A stretch of DNA of 64,000 nt from Balanoglossus misakiensis (lineage: Eukaryota > Animalia > Hemichordata): positions 9,475,918 to 9,539,917 of the forward strand of contig CM082595.2 in NCBI GenBank assembly GCA_040954595.2, given 5' to 3'. The notes beneath the pieces are model-generated. The model had not been told where the DNA came from and ran no database searches. It saw only the letters and a list, made by a program, of their open reading frames with translations. This document shows positions 11,646 to 26,035 of the stretch, piece after piece. The position numbers and the translations under genes were made by a program. Positions within the stretch are counted from its first letter, which is position 1; each line of letters begins with the position of its first letter.

Positions 11646-14600
11646 AGAATTAGGTACATGCGAAAGTTTTTGACAAGATAGATAAGTTGTAAAATATGTA
11701 CATGAACCTGACAATTGACTTAAAATAACATAAGGCAGACTTGATACTTATCGGAGATAGATACTAATAACAACAGTGATGTTAATTACACTGGGAATGT
11801 TTGTCTTATTATAGCTACATGTAAAAGACTGCTTGAGGTAATGTAATTAAAGTGACCACTTGCGATTCACCTTCAAAGTGCTATGCAAGTCTACGGTACA
11901 TTGTTTTTCCAATGATTGGACAAAGGATATTCATAATGTGTAATTAAGGCTGGATAGCATTTTCAATGTAATAAGCCCTGCCTTCACTATAATCTTACGC
12001 CAAATCAACATTGTTCAATTTATGTTAATAATTTCACTAAGGGATACTTGTTACATCAAATTTCCCAGCAAGGGGTGTCAGATTATTGGGCAAGTGGCAT
12101 GCATGACACTAGACGATACTTTTGGAAGCAAAGCGGACAGAACACGGCTGGATATAGACTAGGTAATTCTGAATGTGACCATGAACTGTACCACAGACTC
12201 TGTATTGTATGTTTCTGAAGAATCCCATTTAACCCAGACATCAACATACTTCAACCTTGTAAGAAGTAGAACATACATGATTTACTAGTAAATATTTGCT
12301 AGGTTATTACACACTTTGGATTACACAAAAATAGGTGTGTACACCGCTGTGACATTGCCAAGCAGATATGACCTACCAGGTAACCTAATACAATTTCACA
12401 GGAATCGGAGTATTTTCAGTGAAAACAACATTTCTTCAACAATGACAAAAACTGCCTCAACCACAAAAATTCAGATATCAACAAATCCAACAATATCTCA
12501 CTTCAATCACCACAAGGAACATGCCTACCAAAATTGAAAGCAATTTGACATGCGGTTTCAAAGAATACAAATTGCAAAAATTGCCTCAAGACCACAAATA
12601 TGCAAATTTCACCAAAATGATATACAACATTACTTGGGTTACCTCATGGAACAAGCAAACCAAAATTTAAATGCAACCTGACCTGACATGGAGTTTCAGA
12701 GAAAATGATTTTTGACCAAAAATGACAAAATTACATTTCCCAAAAATTACAAATTTTGCCACAATTTAAACAATACTAACAAAGATTACCTATAGGAAAT
12801 AGCTTACTAAATTCTAGATACAATTCACGATATTAGCTGAAAGTATATCAGGCGTGACATAAGCTACATGCATACAAATGTTCAAAGCAATCTGACCAGT
12901 TGTTGAGTTTCTGAGTTTTGATCAATTTCACATTGCTCCAGGTAATTAGCATATTTCATTTGAACAGGCGTGCCTGCATCTAAAAACCCAATATCAAGAC
13001 TTACCACACAGACTCTGTATTGTATGTTTCTGGAGTAATCAAATAAAACCAATCATGAAAATACTTCAACCTTCTTAATATGAACAAAATCCTATTTACA
13101 GGCTGGCCTACATCTACACACCAAATATCAAGGGGATACGCGAAGGGGTTTTCAAGTTTTTGATGTGGACAGACATACATACATCCATACATACTACATA
13201 CACACATACAGAGGCAACTGACTGGTCAGAAGGCATGAGCAAAAATGCAGGAAATCAATGTTGTGACACTGGTAGTAGGCCTTAATGTATACAATATCAA
13301 GACAGTTTATTTAACATGAAGTTTGATATGTTCATAATCATTCAGAGCTAAGCATATTTTGAAATTGTAAAATTAATATCAATCACATGAAAACTGACAG
13401 CATGCTTTCATTTGGGAATTTAGGTATTGTAATTAACACTAACAGTCATGAAACTATTGAATCGTCAATAAAATCATACAGTAGAAATTAATGGGTTTTC
13501 TATTTATATGCGATGTGAAAATGCAACTTGTGGTCCTTCGGCCAGTAAGAGGCATCAGATAATATTGTAAGACCCAGTTGCCCAATTGATTAGACCTACA
13601 TGTATGCGCTGTGTGAAGCGCAAGTTATGGCAACTGAATTCACAGGACACTGAAGAAAGTGGAATCACTCAAGGTACATATGTATACATGTAGGCTAACA
13701 ATCACAACACAGAGAATAGTTCTCCATATTCATTTTTAATACGATAAGATTCACTGAATTGGCGCATCCATGGGCAGGCAAGGTTAGTTCCAACTCAGTT
13801 TGCAAATCAGGCCCATGTATCTTGTTCCCTGAGACTGTCTGCTTCTAATAATAGCTGTAAGAACATAATCGTTGACCGAATGGTTGGTTCAATTTTGCGA
13901 CATTTTATGATTTCAAGCTGTGCAATATTTGCAACTCAGTTTCAACTTTGGTTGGAGGGATGATGATGAAGCAATTTCACTGACAAAATAGCACTACTAA
14001 CTGACGTCAATATTTGTTCAAAGTTAAATGCATTGCCATCAGAAAAATGTTTACGAAAAGTTTCGTATGTGAATAATAACACTTTTTCGCATAACTGCAA
14101 ACCCTGTCACAGTTGTGAAATTCTAAGAAAATTCATTCATTAGGTAGAATTCGTGCTTTATGAATTCTTAAACAAACTTAGTCATGAAACCTAAATGGTT
14201 ACCTTACACATGTGGAGGCTCGACTTCTGTGATATGATAGTCTTTAATTAATGTGTATGTGATTCCATACAAATCCATATGATTACCTGAACATACAAAA
14301 TAAATTAAAAATAAATACATAAATTAAAAATAAATAAGTATCTCATACATATGCATAAGTGCTTGTGAGAAATATATCATATATCTAAATAAACCTGTCA
14401 TTTATTGACCTCATTTTCCCAGTAAACCAAAGGACTAAATTGCACTTTAATATTACAGCTTCATTTCAATGCAACAGGTACACTACATCATAAGGGAACA
14501 AATATGCCAGCTCAACATTTATATAAACAGTGTCAAAATATAAGTGGCTACAAAAGCTTGTGTCCCTTCAATCCATTCTCCCACTCAGGTCAAACGTGTT

Positions 14601-14934
14601 ACATATTAAAATTGCAATGTGCATAATATACAATTAGTCTTTTGTAAATTCAGACTGAGAAAATATGACTGATAAACATTATCTGGCACATGTTGGTGAA
14701 TGGCTGGCGTTGATGTTGTGGGTTGAAATCCGAACTATGATTATCGCGGGTACAAATCACATTTATTTTCTCAGAGACAACACGTTTGCAACTTCGGGAC
14801 AGAAAGGTGAAAAGGAACGTCATTAGTTCTTGGGAAAAAACTCTGAAATCAATTTCGGTGAGGTCAAATGTGTTCCAAAGGCAAACCGTTTCTGGTAAAC
14901 AAATCAATGGCAAATAGTTACTTCGGCGACTTAC

Positions 14935-15126
14935 CAATCAATCAACATGGCTGCCAAATCGTTGGATATCCCGGTTTCATCTCGCGATCATTCTATCTTC
15001 CGATATGGCGTTGCTTGGTTAAATTCGTCTCTTCTTTGCCGACATAGTCGGGCGACAGCGGTCCAGAAGCATATACAGCGACGCCATCTTGTTTACAATG
15101 TGAAGTATCAACTGCGCATGCTCAAT
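14935..15126 (-). promoter_or_regulatory. promoter/first-exon-like block at inner end of left arm
   Basis: CpG-rich; NRF1-like GCATGCGCA, YY1-type AAGATGGCG (15090-15082); ends at consensus donor TG|GTAAGT. Confidence 0.45.
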
Positions 15127-15598
15127 GGTTGTTGATTGGAAAGTGGGCAGAGCCTGCAAGATCCAGGGTTCGCTTGACCGGCCAAACGCGGTTATTCTCC
15201 CTGGACCAAATCATTTAAGCGTCAGGCGTAATACATCACATAATTGACTGGAAAACTAAACAGTCTTCCACCTATATATCAACACAGTTTATTAAACCAG
15301 CACCCGCGCAAATATTTACAAGTATATGATTAAAATTGATCAAATCATTAATCGCACGGTTACAGCTGTCATAGTTTCTAATAATATTATTCACTGGTAG
15401 CGCTGACATACCATGTTGAAACTTGTCGCGGAAAACAAGATAATTGATCTTACGGTGTCATTTGTTTTTAAAAAGTGCTTAATAACTATTGATCCCATTG
15501 ATATATTTTTCCATATTTATATATTTTTCGCAAAGTTTGACTGCTTGGGCTACTAATAGCATGGTAATCACAATGGATTTACCACCTCCCAGCTGCGT

Positions 15599-17825
15599 TA
15601 TAAAAGAATGCCTATTCTGTGGACACTAGCCTCATCGAAGACCGAACGTGTTCATCGATGTTTCCATTCATGACGAATCCAATGCAGGCGTCGCAGTCAT
15701 TCTGGCTTTCACGCTGTGGGCACCTCTGGTGACAGCAATTCCCAACAAGTTGCGGGTAAGTAATCACACAACCTATATGAGTGAAAGTTTCTTGTCATTT
15801 TCGCAACGTCAAGGTTGATATTCTCTTCTTGGATCGAAAATGTGTGACACAACAAATGAATATGCGTGGCAGGGTCGGCTGTGTCTTTTGCTTCGAGGCA
15901 TAGTCGTCAGACACACATCCCTAACACGCGAAGCCAGCTTATCCTTTGATCAAATGGCAGCGCTATTCTAAATATTTTACAGCATGCCCTAAAGGACAAA
16001 CACGTGCCGCTGGAAGAGGCCAAAACTCAGCAGAGACGGCAAGATGTTAACGGAGGTGAGCCCCAACAATAAATTAATATTGTTCCTTTTATTTAGAAAA
16101 CGCCGCATAATTAGCCAACCAATCATGGTTATGAGAAACCTCCAAAATACAATGTATCGATATTTACTGCATCTGTTCATACTTCGCCCGCGCTTTAAAA
16201 ACCCTATAGCTGCTAAAATTGGCATATTTTTTTCCAGAGTAAAATACTTCATATGTATATTCCCTATTCCCTAAAATCTTCACCCGTGACCATTAAGCCA
16301 TATTACTTGCATTTGCATTGGTTTGTCATCACTTGGCGTCGCATTTCACGATAGCTGCTTAGCTGCTATTGTTTGTATGAAGGCTGATTAAATCGGTGAG
16401 GCACCGTTTTAATACATAGCATGTTCCAATTGCAACATGCAGTCACAATCGGGCATCGATAAGATGTTTATGTATACCTATCAGTAAGCTTATTTTGATG
16501 AACCAATTTAAGTTGGAAAATAAAATCATGAAAATAATGCAAAAAGTGGCAGCTTTGGAGGCTTTAAACTACAGTTCTCCCAAATTGTCTTGACTAAATG
16601 ACATACATGTGGTCAAAAGTTCTGACTGCAGAAGAGGTTGCAGCTCTGGCGGGGGACTGTTCAATTGGAGGAAATATATTTACATGGAATACAGACAATA
16701 TTGAAATGGCAGCAGAAATAGTTCCTACTGAAAAGAATGCTATCTGCAGTGAGTATCACAACTTTAAAATGAAAGATTTTGCAAATTTAAAAAAAATATT
16801 GAGTGTTTTGACATGCGTCAGTGGTCAGTAACACACAAGCTGCATGATAAGAGGGTCACGAGAAATTGTAAGCCGCAATGTATAATGGATTAACTCCATG
16901 ACCTATGCGACCTACGAACTGTGACGTACAGAATTTATTTCTACGTGTAATGCGGTCTGCGGCAGTGAGCCACAGACCGCATTGCGAGAGCAGTGAGAAT
17001 TCACCACAATGCAAACTTTCTGAACGTAGGTTGATCTTCGAATGAAATATTACCTTGTCACCGGTTTTCCACATGGCTACACTGTAAAATTGGGTGACGT
17101 GTTCGTTCACAAGTGGAATAATTGTGAGTAGTAAAGCACGCGAAGTTAAGCAACGAGCACGTTTTGAAATGCGCGCAGATGATCCCAGTTTAGCAAATTC
17201 CATTGCGTGCATGCAAAAAAAATAATACTGTACCGGGGGTGAGCCTACTTTCTTTCCATACAGATACACGTATATGTTGGTTAAGGTATGTGACAAACAG
17301 TTTTCATGTAACAGCCAGTGATGCTGACCATAAAACCAGCGCAGCTGATGCTTTCATCTACAATTTGCAACATGGACGTTTGTGTCTCTGCATGTGTCGT
17401 GCATGTTACTGCTGAACAAAAAAGATATGCGGGCACCACAGGCTGGCGAAAGCGGTGCTCACGTGCTCTGCAAGCTGATGTTGTCACTAAATTGGCAAAG
17501 TATTGTACACATGGAGGAGTTTCTTGAGCTGTCTGTTGTATAAATGTCGGTTGTGAGTACATTATTTTTTATTTTATTTTAATAATTTTCAAAGCCCCTA
17601 TGATTGAAGCATATTATTACGACTCATCCGTTCATCATTCATTCATTCATTCATTCATTCATTCATTCATTCATTCATTCATTCATCCATTCAGTCAGTC
17701 ACTGTACCAATTGAAGACGCCCTTGTATAGGAGAATTTAGCTATGTACTGACTGTCTTTTCATTTTTTCTTCATCCTATAGAATCTACCGACCTGGTCGC
17801 TGTCAATAACAATTCAACTCCTTAA
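15599..17825 (+). pseudogene. broken secreted pentraxin-domain gene
   Basis: TATAAAAG at 15599. Signal-peptide-like exon (AGVAVILAFTLWAPLVTAIP; donor GTAAGT at 15756) is out of frame with its nearest ATGs. Pentraxin C-terminal fragment YMWSKVLTAEEVAALAGDCSIGGNIFTW (16598-16748, donor GTGAGT). Short putative last exon 17782-17825. Confidence 0.6.
17630..17690. repeat. (TTCA)n microsatellite
   Basis: Direct observation. Confidence 0.95.
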
Positions 17826-20189
17826 ACATCCTGTGTGTGTGAAGTCTATGAACACTGGCCATGCATTTCAATTCAAGGACAAAATGAATGCGCAATATTT
17901 CGTTTTATCGAGAGTAATGTGCAGTGATTAAATTTGCTAGGGCTCTCTTAGCAGATTTGGAGTTAGTCATTTTGGTAGAAACTTTTCGAGATGGGAAATC
18001 TTTGGTCATCTAACCAAGTTATTTGTATTTTTGTTATATAAGACAGAGTCATTTCTATATCATAGATGCAAGTTTAATTTATAACATGAATTTGAATAAA
18101 ATATTTTTTTTTAAATATCACCACATGAATTTGAATAAAATATTTTTTTTTAAATATCACCAGATTGAAATCTTTGGAAGTTTGCACTTAGAGGGATGGC
18201 ATGGCAGTTTTCCACTGTTCATATTACAAAGAATTTGGCGTCACGTGTAGATTTCATGAGTGTTCGAGTTTTGCTCTTCCCAGCCTCGTACCCACAATCC
18301 TCTGATACTTACACTTACGTCAGTTCTATAGCCGCTGACCCACTAGATTCTCCTTATGAATTGCCCAAATTATTTGTTGGTATAGTTTTGATAGTTGGTG
18401 CACGGAAACTTTTGATCGATTCACGAAATTCAAAATATGTTACATCACAAACCTCATAAAATGGAGGCTAGAGTAGCCTGTTTGTTTTCAGGTAATTTTA
18501 CAATTACCTCAATTACCTTTTTTCGAGGGAGGGGGTTAAGAAAACATACAGATTGAAATAACAAGGAAGTGGTATATCAAACCGAAACCTTATCTCAATC
18601 GTGATTCTAGAGTGTTTCCATGTCATGTGACATCCACAAAAATGTGGTATTATCTTGAAAAGAGTCCCGATTTCCCAAACTGGTTTTGCGAATGTACTTC
18701 ACTTTGGAGCAATGCATGAGTACATTCGTAGAAAGATATTGCTCCACTATTTACTGACACTCCTCTTGTACTGCAAATATTACTGCATTCTGTCAGGGCA
18801 AGACAAAAGACACAGCAGAACTGCCAGAATTAAAACAGACAACTGGCAATTTCAATAAACATGTAATAACAAATATATGTAACATTGAATGAGGTGTCCA
18901 TACAGCTTGGTCATTTAAAGACCTCCAGTCATTGTGACAATGCATAAATATTTATGTACACCATGTTAAAAATTAGTTCAGGCATACCTTATACATGTAT
19001 GTTTTTGACTGACCATATCCTCAGCACGCCCTTTTTTTCAAAAAGACTATCATTATTCTCTGCCAGGCAGAGAGTTGCCGCTTTCTTGTTAACAATAATA
19101 TACTATTATAACATTGCATAGATTCCTGTTTGTTTCTGTCCATATCTCACAAACTGTGGTGTGCATACTGTTGAAATGACCTCAAGAAGAAAATGCCAAA
19201 TGGAAAAATATTTGACATACTAACCTGTATGATAATGTTATACGGTACAATATATTTAACGGTTCCAATCCAATGTTGAGAACTAACAAAACAATTTGAG
19301 CAGAATTCATTTAAAATTAATTGCAGTTCCGTTTCACCGCATTTCATAGGATGCTGGCTAAAATTCATACTATGGTGGATTACCTGTTATGCATTTCTTT
19401 CCCTATTTCGTCTGGCAGATTTGAGTTTGACAAGCTGTCATTTTCCTTTCAGCTCCGCAAAATTGATGGATTTACTTTGACAGCACACAGACTGTCCATT
19501 TGTCATCGGAGATACAAGCAGCATCAGGTGCTGAACAGCTTGCAGCAGTGTTGGAAAAGAGTACACAACACTAACTTGCAAGAGTGCTTTGGCCCTTTCT
19601 TCACACTGTCCGAAACTTGTTGTGTTACATCATTGCTTAATGAATAAGAAATACACAGGTATTTAGCGTTCTATTCAATACCTACAATAGATAAAAGGGT
19701 GTCGGTCTGTATGCGACAATCTTCAATGTTCTTATGAGCACAAGGCTTTATTCAGGGAACGTTTTACAGTAAGAATTATATTATATAAACTGAATAGGTT
19801 TGCTGTCTGTCAACTCTTCTGTCTTTGTCTTACCGATACGGTTCTAACCGCGAACACTGAGGCTTCTCTGCTCGTACACAGTATAAATCAATGGATGATA
19901 AAATGCGCCCTCTTTTGGTGAACTCTTCCTACCGCCCGACCTTCTACCTTACATTAAGGCATGTAGGGCGGTCAGGTAGATGGCAGTGTATTGCAAGCGT
20001 CTCTTGCATATTTTTTCCGCCAGGAATGGCATACATTCGTTTTTGGCGACACCACAACTGCTGGAACTTCTCGAAAAATTGAGAGCCGGATTTCATAAAT
20101 GCTCATGTTTTCCGAAGGGCTGAAAGAAGATCCAGAGTGGAATATTTAAATTTGCCTGTGGCAGACATCATAGTGGCTGCCAGTTATTC

Positions 20190-20360
20190 TATTTCTTGTG
20201 CAAGAGATAGTATCTTGTTCCAGCGAGATGTTTTCTCGTGTGCACGAGAAACATGCTATCTCGTGCATATCTCGTGCGCACGAGAAAATTGCGAGCGCAC
20301 TCGTGTTCACGAGAAAATATCACATGCACACGTAAGTCGTGCGCACGAGATAAAAAAATG
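20190..20360. repeat. cluster of short palindromic CTCGTGCGCACGAG-type units (probable DNA-transposon remnant)
   Basis: Several degenerate copies of tctcgtg(c/t)gcacgaga within ~170 bp. Confidence 0.6.
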
Positions 20361-21424
20361 TGCCCTGTAGTCTTTCTTAGGACATGGTAGCGTGACGTCG
20401 CATTGTAATTAACGGACGATCTTGGAAATTCGGCTATTAATGGTGAATGGACTTTCGCCTCCTTCGAACAACAACAGAGACTGACGTCGCAACAATGACA
20501 GAAAAAGTGAAGCAAATGGCCGACAAAACGAAGAGAATCGGAAAACGGGCAGGATCCTCGGCACAGACATCTGGGAATAATACCACCACATCAAATAGAA
20601 CGACGAGTAGTGCAGGACAAACCGCCACCAGTGACTATGACAACAAGTCTGAAGGCGATGCTGGCGAACCCTTGAACAATACAACTACAGTCCTACAGAG
20701 AAATGCAGCCCAGCGCCACTCAAGATTTTCCATTCCTGGTCTGGCAGCAGCCAAAATATGCTGTTGTTTTTTCTCTTAGAAGCGACCTCAGTCTGAGCTG
20801 CATGAGAATAAACTGTAGGTTGGGAATACAACAAAAAAACACGCAGTCGCTGCGGTCAACACGTAGCTATTAGTTTCATATAGTATTATGTTCGCTACAG
20901 CTCGGAAACCAAAATGTGGTACAACTTCAAGCTACATAAACTGGAAAGCATAGTACGTGCAGAGCAGACCATGGTGACGAAAGCAGGTATTCTAGGTCGT
21001 AAGATAAAAACACGGCGCTAGAAAAACAGTCATCAAAAGTTGCACGTGTTCCCCGGCCACAAATAATGTAATTGTTGGCGCACAGAAAGTCCAGTCGATA
21101 AACGTTTACGCTATAGAAACTCACTCTCTCAGCAAAAGTCTGACACCCTCGTCAATGACAAAACGCAAACCGAGCTGGGTATGATCAAGTCAAACATAGG
21201 GCCAATCCCCACTCTATGTTTTATTATTTTCCACATACGATGGTTCTAAATAAAAATGTACCTATTTGAAATGCTTACCGAGGTAAGATCATTGAAAGTT
21301 TTCAAACGTTGATGACAAATGTATAACTGATTTTTTACAAATGAATAATCGCGCACTTGCATGTTATTTTCTCTATACCAGACACCGCGCGCGCGCCGTT
21401 GGCAAAAAAAAAACGCGGAAAATT

Positions 21425-21616
21425 ATTGAGCATGCGCAGTCGATACTTCACATTGTAAACAAGATGGCGTCGCTGCCTATGCTTCTGGACCGCTGTCGCC
21501 TGACTATGTCGGCAAAGAAGAGACGAATTTAACCATGCAACGCCATATCGGAAGACAGAATGATCGCGAGATGAAACCGGGCTATCCAACGATTAGGCAG
21601 CCATGTGGACTGATTG
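21425..21616 (+). promoter_or_regulatory. promoter/first-exon-like block at inner end of right arm
   Basis: GCATGCGCA (~21430), AAGATGGCG (21461), donor TG|GTATGT at 21616/21617. Confidence 0.45.
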
Positions 21617-23071
21617 GTATGTCGCCGAAGTAATTATTTGCCATTGATTTGTTTACCAGAAACGGTTTGCCTTTGGAACACATTTGGCCTCACCGAAATT
21701 GATTTCAGAGGTTTTTTCCCAAAAACTAATGACGTTCGTTTTCACCTGAGTGCGAGGATGGATTGAAGGGACACAAGCTTTTGTAGCCACCAATATTTTG
21801 ACACTCTTTATATCAATGTTGAGCTGGCATATTTGCTCCAATATGATGTAGTGTACCTGTTGCATTGAAATGAAGCTGTAATAATATTACAGTGCAATCT
21901 AGTCCTTTGGGTTAATAGGAAAACGAGGTCAATAAATGACAGGTTTATTTAAATACAGGATATATTTATCACAAGCACTTATGCATATGTATGAGATACT
22001 TATTTATTTTTAATTTATTTTTTATTTTTTATTTATTTTGTACGTTCAGGTAATCATATGGATTTGTATGGAATCACATACACATTAATTGAAGACTATC
22101 ATATCACAGAAGTCGAGCCGCCAGATGTGTAAGGTAACCATTTAGGTTTCATGACTAAGTTTGTTTAAGAATTCATAAAGCTACCCAATGAATGAATTTC
22201 CTTAAAATTTCACAAATGTGACAGAGTTTGCAGTTGTGCAAGAAAGTGTGTATTATTCACATAAGAATTTTTTCGTATGCATTTTTCTGATGGCAATGCA
22301 TTTGACTGTAAACAAATATGGATGTCAGTTAGTAGTGCTATTTTGTCAGTGAAATGGCTTCATCATCATCCCTCCAACCAAAGTTGAAACAGAGTTGCAA
22401 ATATTGCACAGCTTGAAATCATAAAATGTTGCAAAATTGAACCAACCCTTTGGTCAACGATTATGTTCTTACAGCTATTATTAGAACCAGACAGTCTCAG
22501 GGAACAAGAGACATGGGCCTGATTTGCAAGTTGAGTTAGAACTGCCTTTGCCTGCCCACGGACGCCCCAATTTCAGCAAAAATTATTGCATTAAAATATG
22601 AGTATGGAGAACTATGCTCTGTGTTTCTTTTGTTAGCTTACATAGCTGTTGTCATTCTAGTTTTTCCTCCGTCCTGTGAGCAGAGTTTCAGTTGCGAAAA
22701 CCGACAGTTCTCAAAGTACAAAAGTACACCTAAATTGCCTCGGTGATGAGCATGCAGAATTTATCTGATGCTTCTTACTGGCAGAAGGACCCCACCAGTT
22801 GCAGATTGTGAATTCCATGGCACAAGGGAATTTACGCTTTGCGTTCAAATATAAATAATTAAATCCTGTAAAATTATTCTATATGTTATTTATTGATGAT
22901 TCAAAAGTGTTATGACTGATTGTGTTAGAGTACCTGTATTCCATATAAGCATGCTGTCAGTGCACATCCGATTGATAACAATTTCACATTTTTAAAAATT
23001 TGCTTCTCTGAATAATTATGAATACATAAAACTTCATATGATATAAATTGTCCTGATATCGTAAACATTAA

Positions 23072-23526
23072 ACCCCGATGCGTGGTATAAAAGACCCCCC
23101 AAATCAGTGGCGAATCTTAATGCCGTTTGATTGACAACAGACAACACCAACGATCTTGGCTCTAACGATCTTGGCTCTATGAAAATCGGCCCAAACAGAT
23201 CCAAGCATAAAGAATTACACCACACAACGACAGTGGTTGGCTTTATAAACACACACAACATAAAGTTATCGATGAAAAAGTACACGAGCTTTTGAAACAA
23301 CGATGATTTTGGGAGAAATCTGGTTTCAGTGCTTTTCAGAAGCATCCCTGGGAAACAATAACCACGCCATTCAAACAGCTGTCAATCGCATAGAGGTGTA
23401 AAGTGTTCAATTATTTTCTATGTACATGAGATCAATTACACAGTTATTATGCACGACGACCACTCCCAAATAAACAACTGTACAAACACACGTTAATCCG
23501 AACCCCAGTACTTTCCGCACCGGGGT
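23072..23526. mobile_element. TTAA-specific MITE
   Basis: TTAA at 23068-71 and 23527-30; TIR ACCCCGATGCG / CGCACCGGGGT; empty TTAA site in the left arm at ~13282. Confidence 0.8.
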
Positions 23527-23574
23527 TTAAGGCCTAATGCTAGTGTCACAACATTGATTACCAGACCGTTTCCC

Positions 23575-23635
23575 TATGTATGTATGTATGTATGTATGTA
23601 TGTATGTATGTATGTATGTATGTATGTATGTATGC
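23575..23635. repeat. (TATG)n microsatellite
   Basis: Direct observation; explains the MYVC ORFs. Confidence 0.95.
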
Positions 23636-24645
23636 AGCCATGTATGCATGTGTTTGTGTGTGTGTGTACATGTGTGTCTGCATGTTACATGTATATATGG
23701 ATGTATGTCTGCCCTGATCCAAAACATGAAACCACGCTTTTTTTATTTTGGTGTGTAGATGGGATTTTGCTTAAATGAAGTTGTCATTGCAAAAATACGC
23801 AAATAACCTGTGAAATATGTGGAATTGATCAAAACTCAACAACTGGTTAGACTGCTTTGAACATTTGTATGCATGTAGGTAATGTCATCATACCTGATAT
23901 ACTTTGAGTTTATATCGTGAATTGTCTATTTTTTATGCAATTATTTTGTCTTGTTTTACCATTTGAAAAAAAATCTTTTCCTCTTAAAGAGATTGGCTGA
24001 TTTCTTTAGAATTTAGTATGACACTTCCGGTAGGTGATCATAGTTGGTTTTGTTTAAATTGTCGCAGAATTTGTAATCTGTCATTTTTGGTCAAAATTCA
24101 TTTTCTGAGAAACTCCTTAGATTGCTTTTAAATTTTGGAATGCTTGTTCCAAGAGGTAACCCAAGTAATGTTGTATATCATTTTGGTGAAATTTACATAT
24201 TGTGGTCTTGGGGCAATTTTTGCAATTTGTATTCTTTGAAACTACTAGTCAGATTGCTTTCAACTTTGGTAGGCGTGGTGATTGAAGTAGATATTATACA
24301 ATTTGTTGATAGTTGGATAGATGTGGTTTGAGGCAGTTTTTGTCATTGTTGAATGTTGTTTTCCCTAAAATACTTGTCTGGTTCCTTTGAAATGTTCTTA
24401 CAGAAGGTCATATCTGCTTGCCAATGTCACATGATTTTTCCCATGAACACAGACATACCTAATTTTGTGTAATCCCCAGATGGGACCACAGTGTGTAATA
24501 ACCTGACCAACAGTGACTAGTATATCCTGTGTGTTATACAGTACTTCTCACAAGGTTGAAGTACATGTAGACTGTTGATGATTTTTTGCGAATCTTCAGA
24601 AACTTACAATACAGAGTCTAATGTGGTAACGTCCATGGTCACATT

Positions 24646-26035
24646 AGTCCTGTTTCAAAATGACCTACATTACACGTCCTATACACATGTATTGCATGTT
24701 TTGATTGGTTTATCCGCTTCTCTTAGGTCCACTTGCGGCACGCTGATTGGAGGGACCTTGTAGGTTAGGTCTTATTATTATGTATTATTCACTAGACCTT
24801 GTAGGTTAGGTCTTATTACTATTACCTTTTTTCGCTTTACAGCTCCCTGATTGGTTAACGTGTCAGTCTGGTCCCCCATGTGTTCACTGCCTCATAATAC
24901 AGGACCTTGTAGGTTAGGTCATATTAATATGTATTTATTCACCATACAGCTCCCTGATTGGTTAACGTGTCAGTCTGGTCTCCCAGTGTTCACTGCCTCA
25001 TTGTGAAATGTCCCATGTGCTTCCTGGCTAGCGTTGTGGTAACACATTATTCGGGATGTCCGCAGATCATTCATTAATTTTCTGAGAAATAGCCTGACTG
25101 ATACTATCTCCAACATAAACCGCACCCTGGAAAGATTAAATGATTTTTAGATGGACTTTGAAAATCTGATTAACACATCTAAGCATTTTTGCTAACAGTT
25201 GTATATTTTCTTAAATCACCCTCCTACTTCTCATCATCAATATTATTATTGTTGTTTTACTATTTTAAAGTAAATTTGTTTTGACGTAGATGTTGTGAAA
25301 AGGAGTACGTTGTCTGTTTATACATTCGTATATTGTTTTCATAAAAATGGAACTATGACGGTGCAGCTTCGTGAAAGAAGTACAATAAAAGTAATCATAC
25401 CTGTAAAGCAACTAATGAGGTATCCCAATTAAAGAAATGCAATGCTATTCTAAACAGTTCTATTGTAAGATATTTTTGGTTTGCTCGAATGAATAGCACA
25501 CACTTCGTATTCAGCCAGGTGTTACACGAAGTGATGCGCTGAAAAGCATTACGTAACAAAACACTAGCCCATTTCAACAAACCGCCACTGGAAATAAAAT
25601 AAAAAAATTCTCCTGGCAATTTTTATTTCGAGTATCTAGTTCACAGTATCACAAAAAAATGCCATGAATAGTGAAGGAAAGATTAAATCCAATCATTATA
25701 TGAGTGCCTTTCTTTATACACTGGGATCGAGCTTCGACAACGCGCAGGCAGCATGCCAGACAGAATACGACAACTGTATTCAGAAGGACAAAAGACTTTG
25801 CATAACGAGGCAGTGAAAATTGGAGACCTACACATTAACCAATCAGGGAGCTGTAAAGTGAATAATACATAGTAATAAGACCTAACCTACAAGGTCTAGT
25901 GAATAATACATAATAATAAGACCTAACACATAAGGTCCCTCCAATCACCGTGCCTCAAGTGGACCTAAGATTACCAGATGGACCAATCACAGATGTCGGT
26001 ACATATGTCATGGACCTGACTTATGAAACATGACT
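24646..26035. mobile_element. non-autonomous DNA transposon with long TIRs and 3-bp TSD
   Basis: ATT duplicated at 24643-45 and 26036-38; termini AGTCCTGTTTCA / TGAAACATGACT; internal IR 24700-24862 vs 25830-25990; empty site in the left arm at ~12170. Confidence 0.8.

Larger units (their letters stand above)
5230..14204. mobile_element. long-TIR (foldback-type) non-autonomous element, copy 1
   Basis: Ends GGTAACCATTTAG...CTAAATGGTTACC; 5230-5430 plus 6263-6600 is inverted relative to ~13690-14204; no transposase seen. Confidence 0.65.
3993..15126. repeat. left arm of giant imperfect inverted repeat
   Basis: Collinear reverse-complement matches to 21425-31503, e.g. 3995-4250/31255-31500, 5080-5420/29640-29990, 9690-12200/26020-28520, 14200-14580/21770-22130, 14800-15126/21425-21750. 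Confidence 0.92.

Noticed and set aside
20409-20779. Overlapping ORFs in the palindrome spacer (e.g. 20447-20779, Thr/Ser-rich)
   Set aside because: Low complexity, no recognisable domain or splice structure
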